Part shown: piece after piece, positions 8,001 to 15,855 of the stretch
Numbering within the stretch: position 1 is the stretch's first letter
How the letters are laid out: each line of letters opens with the position of its first letter
Assembly (NCBI GenBank): GCA_014729705.1
Contig: WJJK01000031.1
Coordinates: 1-32,991 of the forward strand
DNA: 32,991 bases
Origin: Candidatus Altiarchaeales archaeon
Lineage (GTDB): Archaea > Altiarchaeota > Altiarchaeia > IMC4 > SCGC-AAA252-I15
Direction: 5' to 3'
Notes under the pieces: model-generated
The model's database searches: none
What the model saw: only the letters and a program-made list of their open reading frames with translations
Told to the model about the DNA's origin: nothing
Position numbers and translations under genes: made by a program

Positions 8001-8092
8001 GAGAGGCCAAGAACGTAGAAGCATTGTTCCGTAATAATGGTCCCGTAGAGCAGTCGATACTTCGTGTCCTTGATCGGGAGAAGAGGGGTTAG
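5021..8092 (+). CDS. Tail tape measure protein (1023 aa)
   Basis: Long, predicted alpha-helical, K/A/E/G/M-rich protein with a hydrophobic stretch (ANIIVLIITAVIQLI). The C-terminus LLVTKTG.....VQAGERIVP...GDIHVHVQG is typical of tape measure ends. Canonical position. Confidence 0.85.
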   Translation: MAEPNLEMYEKLDRTLEKISQRLNLSKTYAGQMAEKMDSVESRTKKLRKQASKYTKELREAQKAGDPKGIASAEKRLQSVTTYLQQVETFTKRAFNPALVKQQVDQGKNLTKVYASVAEEIEQISKLQTKKGGSMPGYMTPKVAKEWAEKTQKQVALDYARGAGAEAEYKAYSEAGEKGRTDQAVGSSTQMLSSIKGAIGSKGGLAGFGDAFKNLKGTKDTFQKMQLAMGLTAKKGMGLVGTIGSLAKAFGMLAKANIIVLIITAVIQLIKKMNEWDKMMKGLNQTFLKMAGPVTLMGSLSEEMRDFSDALYDLKRNLDLGIDAKEAQQVFQGFASAGMSLQGVKRQVGSYGNAIKEAFSMSRQFGVGMEEMGGMISDQMLNLRSSLDEVGNAFDRLSFDASVAGIESKKFYTAVESAASSVRFYGNYLDFASGMMRDFVQTGTMGFKDAADQVTKITGALSKMDFTQRMKAVGVLGRDFIKKLIEGEAESLNKLAETATGAERERYLSERDRLLGVAQRGIPQEMAMILPRLTKDIRKMMVQGMSGMDIFDPRQVAGVQKKLEGVLGIDFSAFEKEWNSIEEAITAVNSILTRSEGSVSSLFQKNSSAAREAGRIMEKYEGNVDGMTKAMTEFLQGKVGGEDLQMFLNLLKKSPEAAKMFVSGGKAALRDSKKVQGAILTDFQKISEKTAEMTEGKLDQLVKETTPLEKMFKISKEGIDYAMASTNLTEEVAGATFDIAKSSKGILSGIQNIIRILGSIPGIGGQPEKFRKSDDYTKLQAEYARLEAARAMKDADLAKEIQSRIDKIEKKWEDASVEFSSAAKKGKDMFIESGRKIDSYTRREEELTKERRKLASQIRAERDEAEKASLEADKRKLDVEHANIIGQRLALERKTKSFMSSKGLEGVPGAQSQHVTAATRKGIPAPKALDLLVTKTGVLPFTVQAGERIVPKEEMGAGVRFPKGQLTDSRTGLVPGGGMTQTTRVGDIHVHVQGEAKNVEALFRNNGPVEQSILRVLDREKRG

Positions 8093-8095
8093 TAG

Positions 8096-9166
8096 ATGGC
8101 TGACACTAACAACATACTCCGGTCTGGTTTCTATGTTGATGAGTATACACGAGCTGTACACGAAGCCTCTAACGGCCGTCTGAACTGGAGTCAGTCAAAA
8201 GCAGTAGTAGAGCAGCTTCAGATCGAACAAGGTACAAATACTTTAGAGAGCATAGTCAGTGTCATCGAGGACAATCCTAATGGCACCTCAGATGAGCTAA
8301 TGCAGAATCTTCTCGGAGAGGGCCAAGTCACGATAGAAAGAGAAGGTCTTTCAAGTGAGCCAGCACAGAGCACATCTACGAATAATGTAGGACCTTTACA
8401 GGTTATTTCAAATGACCCGGGTACATCTACTATGCGTAAATTGACTCTTGAGGGTACCGCGTTAGGGTCACCAATAGCCGTACGTTCTCCTGGTGCTCGA
8501 AGGACTCCTGAAGAGTTACCTTTTTTCATACAGCTTCTAGATAGTGACTTAAAAGTTAGCGGCATGGCTGTGGACGATGTAATCATAACAGGGATACGTT
8601 TTACTCCGAACCCTGAAACGTTTGCTGTTAACTCCTCTAAGATGACAAATCGATACCAGACTATGACACGTTGGGTTGAGGAGTATTGGGGTGATGAGAT
8701 GGATACTATAACCTTTACAGGTAGTAGCTATTCCATGTTTGGGTATGATCCTAATTCTACTCTAGCTGAGGACAATACAGGGCTTACTATGGCTCATAGA
8801 GAGAATACTAAATCGTATCAGTTAATGCGGGCTCTCGTGACATTTTTTACTTATAATGGGTGCATCTACCAGGACGATAGTACTTATGAGGGGAAAACAG
8901 ACGGAGACACTGAGTCTACCGTAGTAGACTCTTTTTTAGAGGATTCTTCGAATCAATATTTCGTAGGGAATCACCCTCGTACAGGGATGGTTAGAGAGCG
9001 TTTGTATGTGAATTTGTTTTATGACTACGGGTCATACTTAGGGTACTTTGAGACGTTTGATTTAATAGAAGACGCTACAAGCCCTTTTAGGTATACGTAT
9101 AACATCATTTTCCGCTCTGAAAGAACCAAGTATGTTCAGGGCTCTTCTGCTATACTGAGGTTCTAA
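8096..9166 (+). CDS. Baseplate tube-initiator protein with tail-tube-like fold (T4 gp48/gp54-type role), 356 aa
   Basis: FTPNPETFAVNSSK..NRYQTMTRWVEEYWGDEMDTITFTGSS ... YLGYFETFDLIEDATSPFRYTYNIIF matches the pattern of tube-fold proteins that follow tape measure genes. Confidence 0.7.
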   Translation: MADTNNILRSGFYVDEYTRAVHEASNGRLNWSQSKAVVEQLQIEQGTNTLESIVSVIEDNPNGTSDELMQNLLGEGQVTIEREGLSSEPAQSTSTNNVGPLQVISNDPGTSTMRKLTLEGTALGSPIAVRSPGARRTPEELPFFIQLLDSDLKVSGMAVDDVIITGIRFTPNPETFAVNSSKMTNRYQTMTRWVEEYWGDEMDTITFTGSSYSMFGYDPNSTLAEDNTGLTMAHRENTKSYQLMRALVTFFTYNGCIYQDDSTYEGKTDGDTESTVVDSFLEDSSNQYFVGNHPRTGMVRERLYVNLFYDYGSYLGYFETFDLIEDATSPFRYTYNIIFRSERTKYVQGSSAILRF

Positions 9167-10759
9167 ATGCCACAGTATGATTCTACACTTACGACTGAAG
9201 CTTTCTCCGGGATGGTATTCCGTGCCGGAGGAGGTCTTATATGGCATAAAAAGGCTGGGTTTTATCCGCTTCGATCAGGTAAGTACATCACTCCGGTTAA
9301 GTATCCAGACGGGTACAAACCTTTTGAGATATCTTTGTACAACTATGAAGAGGATAGACGCATTCTTACGATGCGCCTAATAGTCAACCCCAGAGACATT
9401 CAGATCGGGCAGGTCTGGATGGCTAATAATACGTATACGCGCTCTGGGTGGGTGACTACACTTTGGGGTAGGCAGCAGTCTACGATAAGCGCTAACGGGC
9501 AATCTGCAGCGTTCTATTTGGCTAATGATGGCTTCAGGCAAGCAGTAAATGCTGCAGGGCAGCCTACGGTAAATCTTCAGAGTGAGTCCGTGAATGAAGG
9601 TCTGGTTAACATACGGCGTAAGGACAGTATTGGATTTATAAATCTTCAGACTTTAGTTGCATTCTTCAAGAATAATGGCGCGTATTTCATGGAGGACCCG
9701 AAAGAGCAGACCATATATAAGGACGGCACTAATAGGGTAATCTATGCTGTAGATAGTATCCTTATTACATATGGAGGTAATGAGTTCTTAGGAGGCTTCA
9801 ACTCGTTTACATTAGATGAGGCAGGAGAGGATCCTTATAGCATAGACTATAACTTTGAGTATATCATATCGGGTATACGTGGCACCCCGGTGGAGGGCCA
9901 TCTTAGGAAGCGTAACAGGTCTACGCAGGAAGAACGATGGAACACAGATAACTCTCGAGTGATATTAGGTCTACAGGGCTCAAATACTAAATTGGCGGAG
10001 ACGCTCTTTATGAACAAGAAAGAGCAGAATGTAGACCTTCGGACAGATGAGGGTACGATAGATGAATATGTGTACCTGTCAGAACAAAACGAGTACTCAA
10101 AAAGAGAAGAAGAGAGCGAAGATAAGTATTGGACACGCGATAAAGCTCGAGAGGTATTGAAGGATACTGTAGTTATCTCTAGCACTAATGGAGAGGGCAC
10201 CTCTGAGAGAAGACCAGACCATGATAAAAAGATAGATTTCAGACCAAGTACGGGCGTCGTTAGGTCTATGAGTAAAGGGGTGATCGTAGAAGTTCGTACA
10301 TCAGATAGTTTTAAGGGACCCAATTATGTGATTACAAGATCAGAGTATCCGGTAGGGTCCGGTCAATACGTCTTTGCTAGATATTACCATTTAGACACTG
10401 CCGATTTAAGAAGTCGTAATTGGCAGGCAGGAGATACTATAGAGGTTGGGACACCTATAGGGTTTGAGGGTACGGATAATGGAGCTTATCCGGCACATTG
10501 TGACTTAGAGGTTAAGCCCGCTTTTGACTCATATGAAACAAAGTACATAAATCAGTCATTCAATCAAATACCTAGGAGTAAAAGGATAGATGCTCTTAAA
10601 TTTTTTGGAGACGGTGTGGATGCCATGGCAGCAGGTATGGCTGAGGAACCAAAAGAGGGTGACCCTCTATATGAGTATACCACGATTAACTTCAGGCACG
10701 GATCTGAGAAGGTTCAACTAACGAGTGACCCTCGAGTGACTGTAGATGTAAGGGAATAA
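9167..10759 (+). CDS. Second tube-fold baseplate protein fused to a C-terminal M23/LytM-like peptidase domain (530 aa)
   Basis: N-part LIVNPRDIQI....NNTYTRSGWVTTLWG....ISANGQS ... FLGGFNSFTLDEAGEDPYSIDYNFEY parallels the previous gene. C-part HDKKIDF..VRSMSKGVIVEV..GPNYVI..ARYYHL..GDTIEVGTPIGFEG..AHCDLEV follows the M23 pattern. Confidence 0.72.
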   Translation: MPQYDSTLTTEAFSGMVFRAGGGLIWHKKAGFYPLRSGKYITPVKYPDGYKPFEISLYNYEEDRRILTMRLIVNPRDIQIGQVWMANNTYTRSGWVTTLWGRQQSTISANGQSAAFYLANDGFRQAVNAAGQPTVNLQSESVNEGLVNIRRKDSIGFINLQTLVAFFKNNGAYFMEDPKEQTIYKDGTNRVIYAVDSILITYGGNEFLGGFNSFTLDEAGEDPYSIDYNFEYIISGIRGTPVEGHLRKRNRSTQEERWNTDNSRVILGLQGSNTKLAETLFMNKKEQNVDLRTDEGTIDEYVYLSEQNEYSKREEESEDKYWTRDKAREVLKDTVVISSTNGEGTSERRPDHDKKIDFRPSTGVVRSMSKGVIVEVRTSDSFKGPNYVITRSEYPVGSGQYVFARYYHLDTADLRSRNWQAGDTIEVGTPIGFEGTDNGAYPAHCDLEVKPAFDSYETKYINQSFNQIPRSKRIDALKFFGDGVDAMAAGMAEEPKEGDPLYEYTTINFRHGSEKVQLTSDPRVTVDVRE

Positions 10760-10763
10760 TGCG

Positions 10764-13193
10764 ATGCCAGTGCCACGCTCAGGACTATTCACACAGGAAG
10801 AGTTTGTAGGACGGAACATCCTTAAACTCGCTCCAGACGCTTTTGTAAGCATCAACGGGGCTCTTGGTGCTCGTGTGATCTCTCCTGCGAAAGTCAGTGG
10901 AAACCAGAATTTAGAAGTACGTGGAGGAGTCTCTTCTATCACAGTGAATGCGGCTATTAAACCCGCAGGAGCTACTCGTGCTACTATTGAGGTGATAGCT
11001 CCTCAGTATAAGGGTCTTCACGAGGACTACTATGTTACGATGCCTAACGGTACGCGTATACCCTATTTCGTTCCTATGATGGAGATCAAAGTATTCATGA
11101 AGGGACGTTTCCTCGACCCCTACACCAACAACCCTGTGTACTATCCCGTTTTTTGGGGCTTAATCCTTGATGTGACTGAGAACTACTCAGGAGGCGTGCA
11201 CACTTTTTCTCTTAATTGTGGGGATATACTGCACTGGTGGAAGTGGCAGAAGATAACTGTGAGGCCCGCAGACTCATCAGGAGGATTTGTTTTTGGGGCA
11301 CCTACTAACTGGCGTGTGCCGACTGTTTTTGAGCGTATGAACCCCTGGGAGATAATCGTAGCCCTCTTCATGGACAACTTTTTTCAGAACGAGGGCTCTT
11401 TTGGAGCTCTGTACAATTTTGTCTACATGAAGCTTTCTAAATCAGGAGTCTCCCCGGACTTCGGGGCTATTAATAGAGGAGATGCCGCTTCAACCTTTGG
11501 GGGACTGGCGCAACAAACAGTAAAGTACTGGGACCAGAGATTTGGGTTTAACTTCAACAATGCGACAGATCCTAACAAAGTCCCTGTAGAAATATACGGT
11601 ATGCGTAAGCAACTCAGTGTGTCCAGCATCATGGAGCGCGTGAATCTTTATCGTGAGTCAGAGAAGGCTAAGAGAAGATCTGATATCTTGGCTGAGATTG
11701 ATCTCGATGAAAGCATCCTTGGGAAGATCCAGCCGTTTGGCTCATTAGATTTGTATGGGGATGGTGGAGAGCCGTTGATACAGGCTAAACTAGACATCGC
11801 AAATGAAGTAGTAGAACAGACTCAAATGGAGTTTTTTGTAGACACGAACGGTACTATAGTGTTCAAACCTCCTTTCTATAACATGGATGTTGTGGATCCC
11901 GCGGTACCGGAGTACACTCTGGCACCACAAGATGTGATCAATTTCAGTGCGTCTCTAAACTCAGATAACATCGTAAACTATCTAGAGTGCACATCCCCTC
12001 AACATTATGATGTCCCTAATGCAGTAGAGCTTATAGGGTATCATATAGATTATGAGTCTATTAAGAGATTTGGTTTGAGAACAAAAAGTATCGCACTACG
12101 CTACGGTAATACATCAAGGAGTTTACGCCTTATAGCGGCAGCTGAGATGAGTAGAGTGAATGGTACGGCTTTTTCTGGGAGTGCCTCGATTCCTTTGCGC
12201 CCAGAGATTCGTTTGGGGTATCCTGTGTACATCAAGCATATAGATGCTTACTACTATGTCACAGGTATCACACATAGCTTCTCTTTCGGATCTGGAGCTA
12301 CGACGGACCTTTCGTTAGAGATGCGCCGAGATAGAGTCTTCGATGGAGGGGAAGTAACAGGAGTGCCCGGTACAGTTCTGAAGAGTAAGGTATATAGATA
12401 TAAATATCCTGATAATGAATCAACCAAGGGCAGTACAAATGACTCCACCGGCATAAGCATTAACCTTAAGAGCAAAGATCCTGTAGATCAGAAGATACAG
12501 AAGCTTAACCAAGAGCTTCAAGCTTTGAGAGGGTCTGGTAACGCAGAGGAACAGCAAAAGATAGAATCCCTAATCAACGAGCAGCTTAAGATCAGGGCGA
12601 TGAGGCAGAGTAAGATTTTGGATGGCCCTGCTACCGGAGGACTGTATGAAGTCAGTGATGCTGCGAATGTCCCCACTGATCATAACATAAAAATAGGGTC
12701 GGACCCGACATACATAGTACAGAAGATAACTTCGAATGAACTTCTTATGGTAACGGATGAGACAGTCCCGTATACGGACATCAATGGGTATCGTCATATT
12801 GGAGGATTCCCGTATGGTGCGAATTTGAAGTTGACTACGAACCTCAATTTACGAGATCTATCGGATTCAGAGGATAACGCCGCACTTCAAGTTGAAGCCC
12901 AAATAGGTACAGATGCAACCAGGACACGTGCGAACAGAACACGAAGAGTTACTCTTACTCCTGAAGAAGAAGCTAAGCTGGCTGAGGCGGAGGCTACCGT
13001 AGCCGCTGCAGGAGCTCCGAGGACAGCAGAGGAGGCCATAGGATCGCTACAAGAGCAGATTAATACTAGCGATGCTAATGCGCCAGCGAGTTCCGCTGTG
13101 AATATAGAGGTACAAGAAGTAAATCGAGGTGATGGCGAGCCTACTCAAGAGACTATTAATCAGATATTTGGTTTCGGGGACACTACACCGTAA
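10764..13193 (+). CDS. Baseplate hub protein (T4 gp27 / Mu gp44 / VgrG-N-like), 809 aa
   Basis: PMMEIKVFMKG, VFWGLI..V...Y, L.C.D.L, EFFVDTNGTIVFKPPFY, SIKRFGLR, GSASIPLRPEIRLGYPV...YYYVTGITHSF....TT.L.L. Located immediately before the spike. Confidence 0.8.
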   Translation: MPVPRSGLFTQEEFVGRNILKLAPDAFVSINGALGARVISPAKVSGNQNLEVRGGVSSITVNAAIKPAGATRATIEVIAPQYKGLHEDYYVTMPNGTRIPYFVPMMEIKVFMKGRFLDPYTNNPVYYPVFWGLILDVTENYSGGVHTFSLNCGDILHWWKWQKITVRPADSSGGFVFGAPTNWRVPTVFERMNPWEIIVALFMDNFFQNEGSFGALYNFVYMKLSKSGVSPDFGAINRGDAASTFGGLAQQTVKYWDQRFGFNFNNATDPNKVPVEIYGMRKQLSVSSIMERVNLYRESEKAKRRSDILAEIDLDESILGKIQPFGSLDLYGDGGEPLIQAKLDIANEVVEQTQMEFFVDTNGTIVFKPPFYNMDVVDPAVPEYTLAPQDVINFSASLNSDNIVNYLECTSPQHYDVPNAVELIGYHIDYESIKRFGLRTKSIALRYGNTSRSLRLIAAAEMSRVNGTAFSGSASIPLRPEIRLGYPVYIKHIDAYYYVTGITHSFSFGSGATTDLSLEMRRDRVFDGGEVTGVPGTVLKSKVYRYKYPDNESTKGSTNDSTGISINLKSKDPVDQKIQKLNQELQALRGSGNAEEQQKIESLINEQLKIRAMRQSKILDGPATGGLYEVSDAANVPTDHNIKIGSDPTYIVQKITSNELLMVTDETVPYTDINGYRHIGGFPYGANLKLTTNLNLRDLSDSEDNAALQVEAQIGTDATRTRANRTRRVTLTPEEEAKLAEAEATVAAAGAPRTAEEAIGSLQEQINTSDANAPASSAVNIEVQEVNRGDGEPTQETINQIFGFGDTTP

Positions 13194-13203
13194 TGGATAT
13201 CCT

Positions 13204-15222
13204 ATGAATTTCGACGGCAGAAGTTATAACCTTCCAGGAAGAAAAGTATCTCCGGGTGAAAAACCTACAATAGGGGCTCGTCCACGGACAGATACTACTT
13301 TTAAGGTCGGTAGGATACATACAGTTGATGAAGATCGTTATGTAATGACTGTAGAGCTATTTGGTCGTCAGGGTTTCTTATATGATGTGAGTATATCACA
13401 GCCGTACACGGGGACCTCTAGTTTCATAGCGGGTATGCCTGAAATAGGGTCAATAGTGATTTTGGGTTGTCAGGAGAATTTCACATGGCCTGTAGCCTAT
13501 ATCCCAAACTACTCTGCGGGTCTCGAGAGTATTAACACACGTACATGGCCTGACAGTGTTAAGACTGAAGATAGAAATGAGTTCTTCAACAGGTTTAAGA
13601 GATTACACCAAGGAGAAGTGGCTCTTGGATCTTCTAAAGGGTCAGAGGTATTTCTTTCTGACAGCCTTTCATTGTCAGATGATATGGGAGATAGCCTGCT
13701 ACTGAGAGGAAAAGATAATAGTATCATCTCATCTTCTCTGAGTAATTATCAGTTCTCAAGCGGTGTGTTTCTCAGCGCTGGTGTGGCTCGCAGGAACGGT
13801 CTTTTTGACCCTAAAAAAGAGAATGGATTTTTCGCCGTAAAAGAAGTCTTAGACAACAATAGAGCTACATACTCTCTTAAGACTTCTCAGGATCCTAATG
13901 TAGACCAATTCTTTACAGAATATCTGCTTGAAGTGTCTGACATCGATAATGCAGATATCCCTGAAAATGAAGTCACAAGCGGGCTTATCCCCGCACGAAA
14001 TCCTATAGCAGTATTTGGTCTTGGTAATCTCATAGGTAATCGTTGGGGTAAAGAAACCTATGGGCATATCCTTAGGGCAAGGCTTTTTAAAGAGTATAGC
14101 GATGACTTTGGCGACTTCAGTTTGGACGCGCTTACTGGTGAGGAAGCCACGCGATATGGCATGGCGTTTTCAATGTTCAAGCCAGACCGTAGAAATCCTG
14201 AGTTTGGAGCATTCTTTGGTATCGATAAAGAGGGACATTTTTATCAGTATATGCCGTCAGCTACGGCGGGGGGAATCGGAGACGGAAGGTCTATATCAAT
14301 CGTCGCGCGGGGCAATAAAAAAGAAGTATGGGGTCGTGACGCGAAGTGCGGATCGTCGTGGGACACCGTCCTTAATGGAGGTATACGCTGGGTCATAGGA
14401 AGTCACAATGAGCGAGACGGTAATCCTTATTCTGGACGCAGTGAGGACAAGAGGACTACAGGCTCTGTCTTCTATATGTATGGATCAGATGTGGATGAGG
14501 CTGTTTATGAGTTCGACGACCCCGACACAGAAGTAGCTAGGCTGAATCGTTACCGCAAGATAGAAAAAGTCGGCGGCATGTCGCGCTTGGAAGTAGAGGG
14601 CACGAGAGAGACTATCATTGAAGGAGGAGAAGCTCTTTCAGCAGGGTCTAATCTTGAGCGTATCTCAGGAGCGAAGACCGTTAGTATAGGTACAAATATG
14701 AATATCACCGTTGGTGATACATACGCTGAGAAGGTCATTAAGGAAAAGGAAGAGAGTTTTGGTAGCCGCCGGACTACGATAACATCAGGGGACAATGAGT
14801 TAATACAGCAGTCTCCTGTAGGAAATATAACAGAAGAGATTAAGTTCGTAGGTAACAGAGAAACTACAATCACCACAGGAAGCATCAAAGAGAATATAGT
14901 CTCTGCGGGAAGCCGCACGTTTTCTACGACTGCGGGTGATTTTGAAGCTACCACTAAGGCGGGAAACATCAAGCTTGAATCACTTGCTGGTCAGATAGAG
15001 ATGGCAACGAAAACAGGTCAAATAGATATTCAGGCCCTTCTTACTATGAATCTTAAGACCTCTCTTGCAGCTAGTGTAAACGTTAAGGGTGGGACTATAA
15101 ATCTCAAAGGAAAGACATCTAATCCAGCTACAGATGCTGGGGTAATAACAGCCAGAAGCCATCGGGATTATATCACGGGGGCCTTCTTGGTAGGTTCTTC
15201 ATCAGTGAATGCGTCTATATAA
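13204..15222 (+). CDS. Baseplate central spike (gp5/gpV/VgrG-C-like), about 672 aa
   Basis: ATG13204, 10 nt after the hub stop, is preferred over GTG13129. N-terminal OB-fold pattern GRIHTVD....TVEL...MPEIGSIVILG; C-terminal 9-11 residue beta-helix repeats (TITTGSIKE, STTAGDFEA, TTKAGNIKL, ESLAGQIEM, ATKTGQIDI). Confidence 0.8.
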   Translation: MNFDGRSYNLPGRKVSPGEKPTIGARPRTDTTFKVGRIHTVDEDRYVMTVELFGRQGFLYDVSISQPYTGTSSFIAGMPEIGSIVILGCQENFTWPVAYIPNYSAGLESINTRTWPDSVKTEDRNEFFNRFKRLHQGEVALGSSKGSEVFLSDSLSLSDDMGDSLLLRGKDNSIISSSLSNYQFSSGVFLSAGVARRNGLFDPKKENGFFAVKEVLDNNRATYSLKTSQDPNVDQFFTEYLLEVSDIDNADIPENEVTSGLIPARNPIAVFGLGNLIGNRWGKETYGHILRARLFKEYSDDFGDFSLDALTGEEATRYGMAFSMFKPDRRNPEFGAFFGIDKEGHFYQYMPSATAGGIGDGRSISIVARGNKKEVWGRDAKCGSSWDTVLNGGIRWVIGSHNERDGNPYSGRSEDKRTTGSVFYMYGSDVDEAVYEFDDPDTEVARLNRYRKIEKVGGMSRLEVEGTRETIIEGGEALSAGSNLERISGAKTVSIGTNMNITVGDTYAEKVIKEKEESFGSRRTTITSGDNELIQQSPVGNITEEIKFVGNRETTITTGSIKENIVSAGSRTFSTTAGDFEATTKAGNIKLESLAGQIEMATKTGQIDIQALLTMNLKTSLAASVNVKGGTINLKGKTSNPATDAGVITARSHRDYITGAFLVGSSSVNASI

Positions 15223-15224
15223 TT

Positions 15225-15842
15225 ATGCCAGTCATACCACAAACAATGAGTGCCGCAATATTAGGTCAGATGACTGCTAAACAGTACACCGGGAAGAATG
15301 CCTCTGATCTTGCTAGTGCTGTAGGCACCGCAGTTTCGGGCTATATAGTAACACCTAATTTAGTTTCGTGTACGTTGTCTGGGGTAGCAGGTCCTTTAGG
15401 AAATATACAGAGCGTGGCTGTTGCAGGGATTGAGCCTAATTCTATGAGCACTCTAATGTATACGCGTGCTTTGAATAAGAATATTAGTGGACGTGATATA
15501 GGAGGGCTGTTCTCCGCTGTAAGCACAGGAATAGTGCAAATCCTTCAAGGTTTGGTATTGACTGGGACTGCAATAGGGATAGCTACAGGAGGGGGCACAG
15601 GTTTTTTTACCGCGGTAAACGAGAAAACACTGTCTGGTCTCATATTCGCACAGATGACTTTGAGGCAAATGACAGGTAAAAATGCGAGAGACTTGTCTGA
15701 TTGCATAAGCTATGGTGTGGTAACCCAATTAAAGACTACGGCAAAAGTTACCGTTGTGTCTGCGGGTACTATAGCTCCAGTAGCACCAACAGGTCCCGTG
15801 GCTGTTACAGGTATACCGTCAGCCACGACATCAATATCTTAA
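15225..15842 (+). CDS. Gly/Ala/Thr-rich protein with three internal repeats (205 aa); candidate spike-tip protein
   Basis: 2 nt after the spike stop. Three units of about 65 aa, each containing a Q/R-x(6)-[TS]G[KR][ND]xxxL motif. Function inferred from position only. Confidence 0.6.
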   Translation: MPVIPQTMSAAILGQMTAKQYTGKNASDLASAVGTAVSGYIVTPNLVSCTLSGVAGPLGNIQSVAVAGIEPNSMSTLMYTRALNKNISGRDIGGLFSAVSTGIVQILQGLVLTGTAIGIATGGGTGFFTAVNEKTLSGLIFAQMTLRQMTGKNARDLSDCISYGVVTQLKTTAKVTVVSAGTIAPVAPTGPVAVTGIPSATTSIS

Positions 15843-15855
15843 CTAAGAGGACGAG

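Noticed and set aside
8090-9169. Tape measure-TAG-TAG-ATG and TAA-ATG in-frame junctions suggesting stop read-through or TAG recoding
   Set aside because: ORFs up to 9.4 kb contain no internal TAG or TGA, and TAG ends several genes whose neighbours start in other frames, so the standard code fits. A double amber argues for firm termination.
14060-14398. Alternative-frame + strand ORFs nested in large genes (also 9177, 15701, 18620, 19661, 20843, 21305, 29745)
   Set aside because: Short, nested in well-supported genes, with no coupling to neighbours and no protein-like features; expected by chance.
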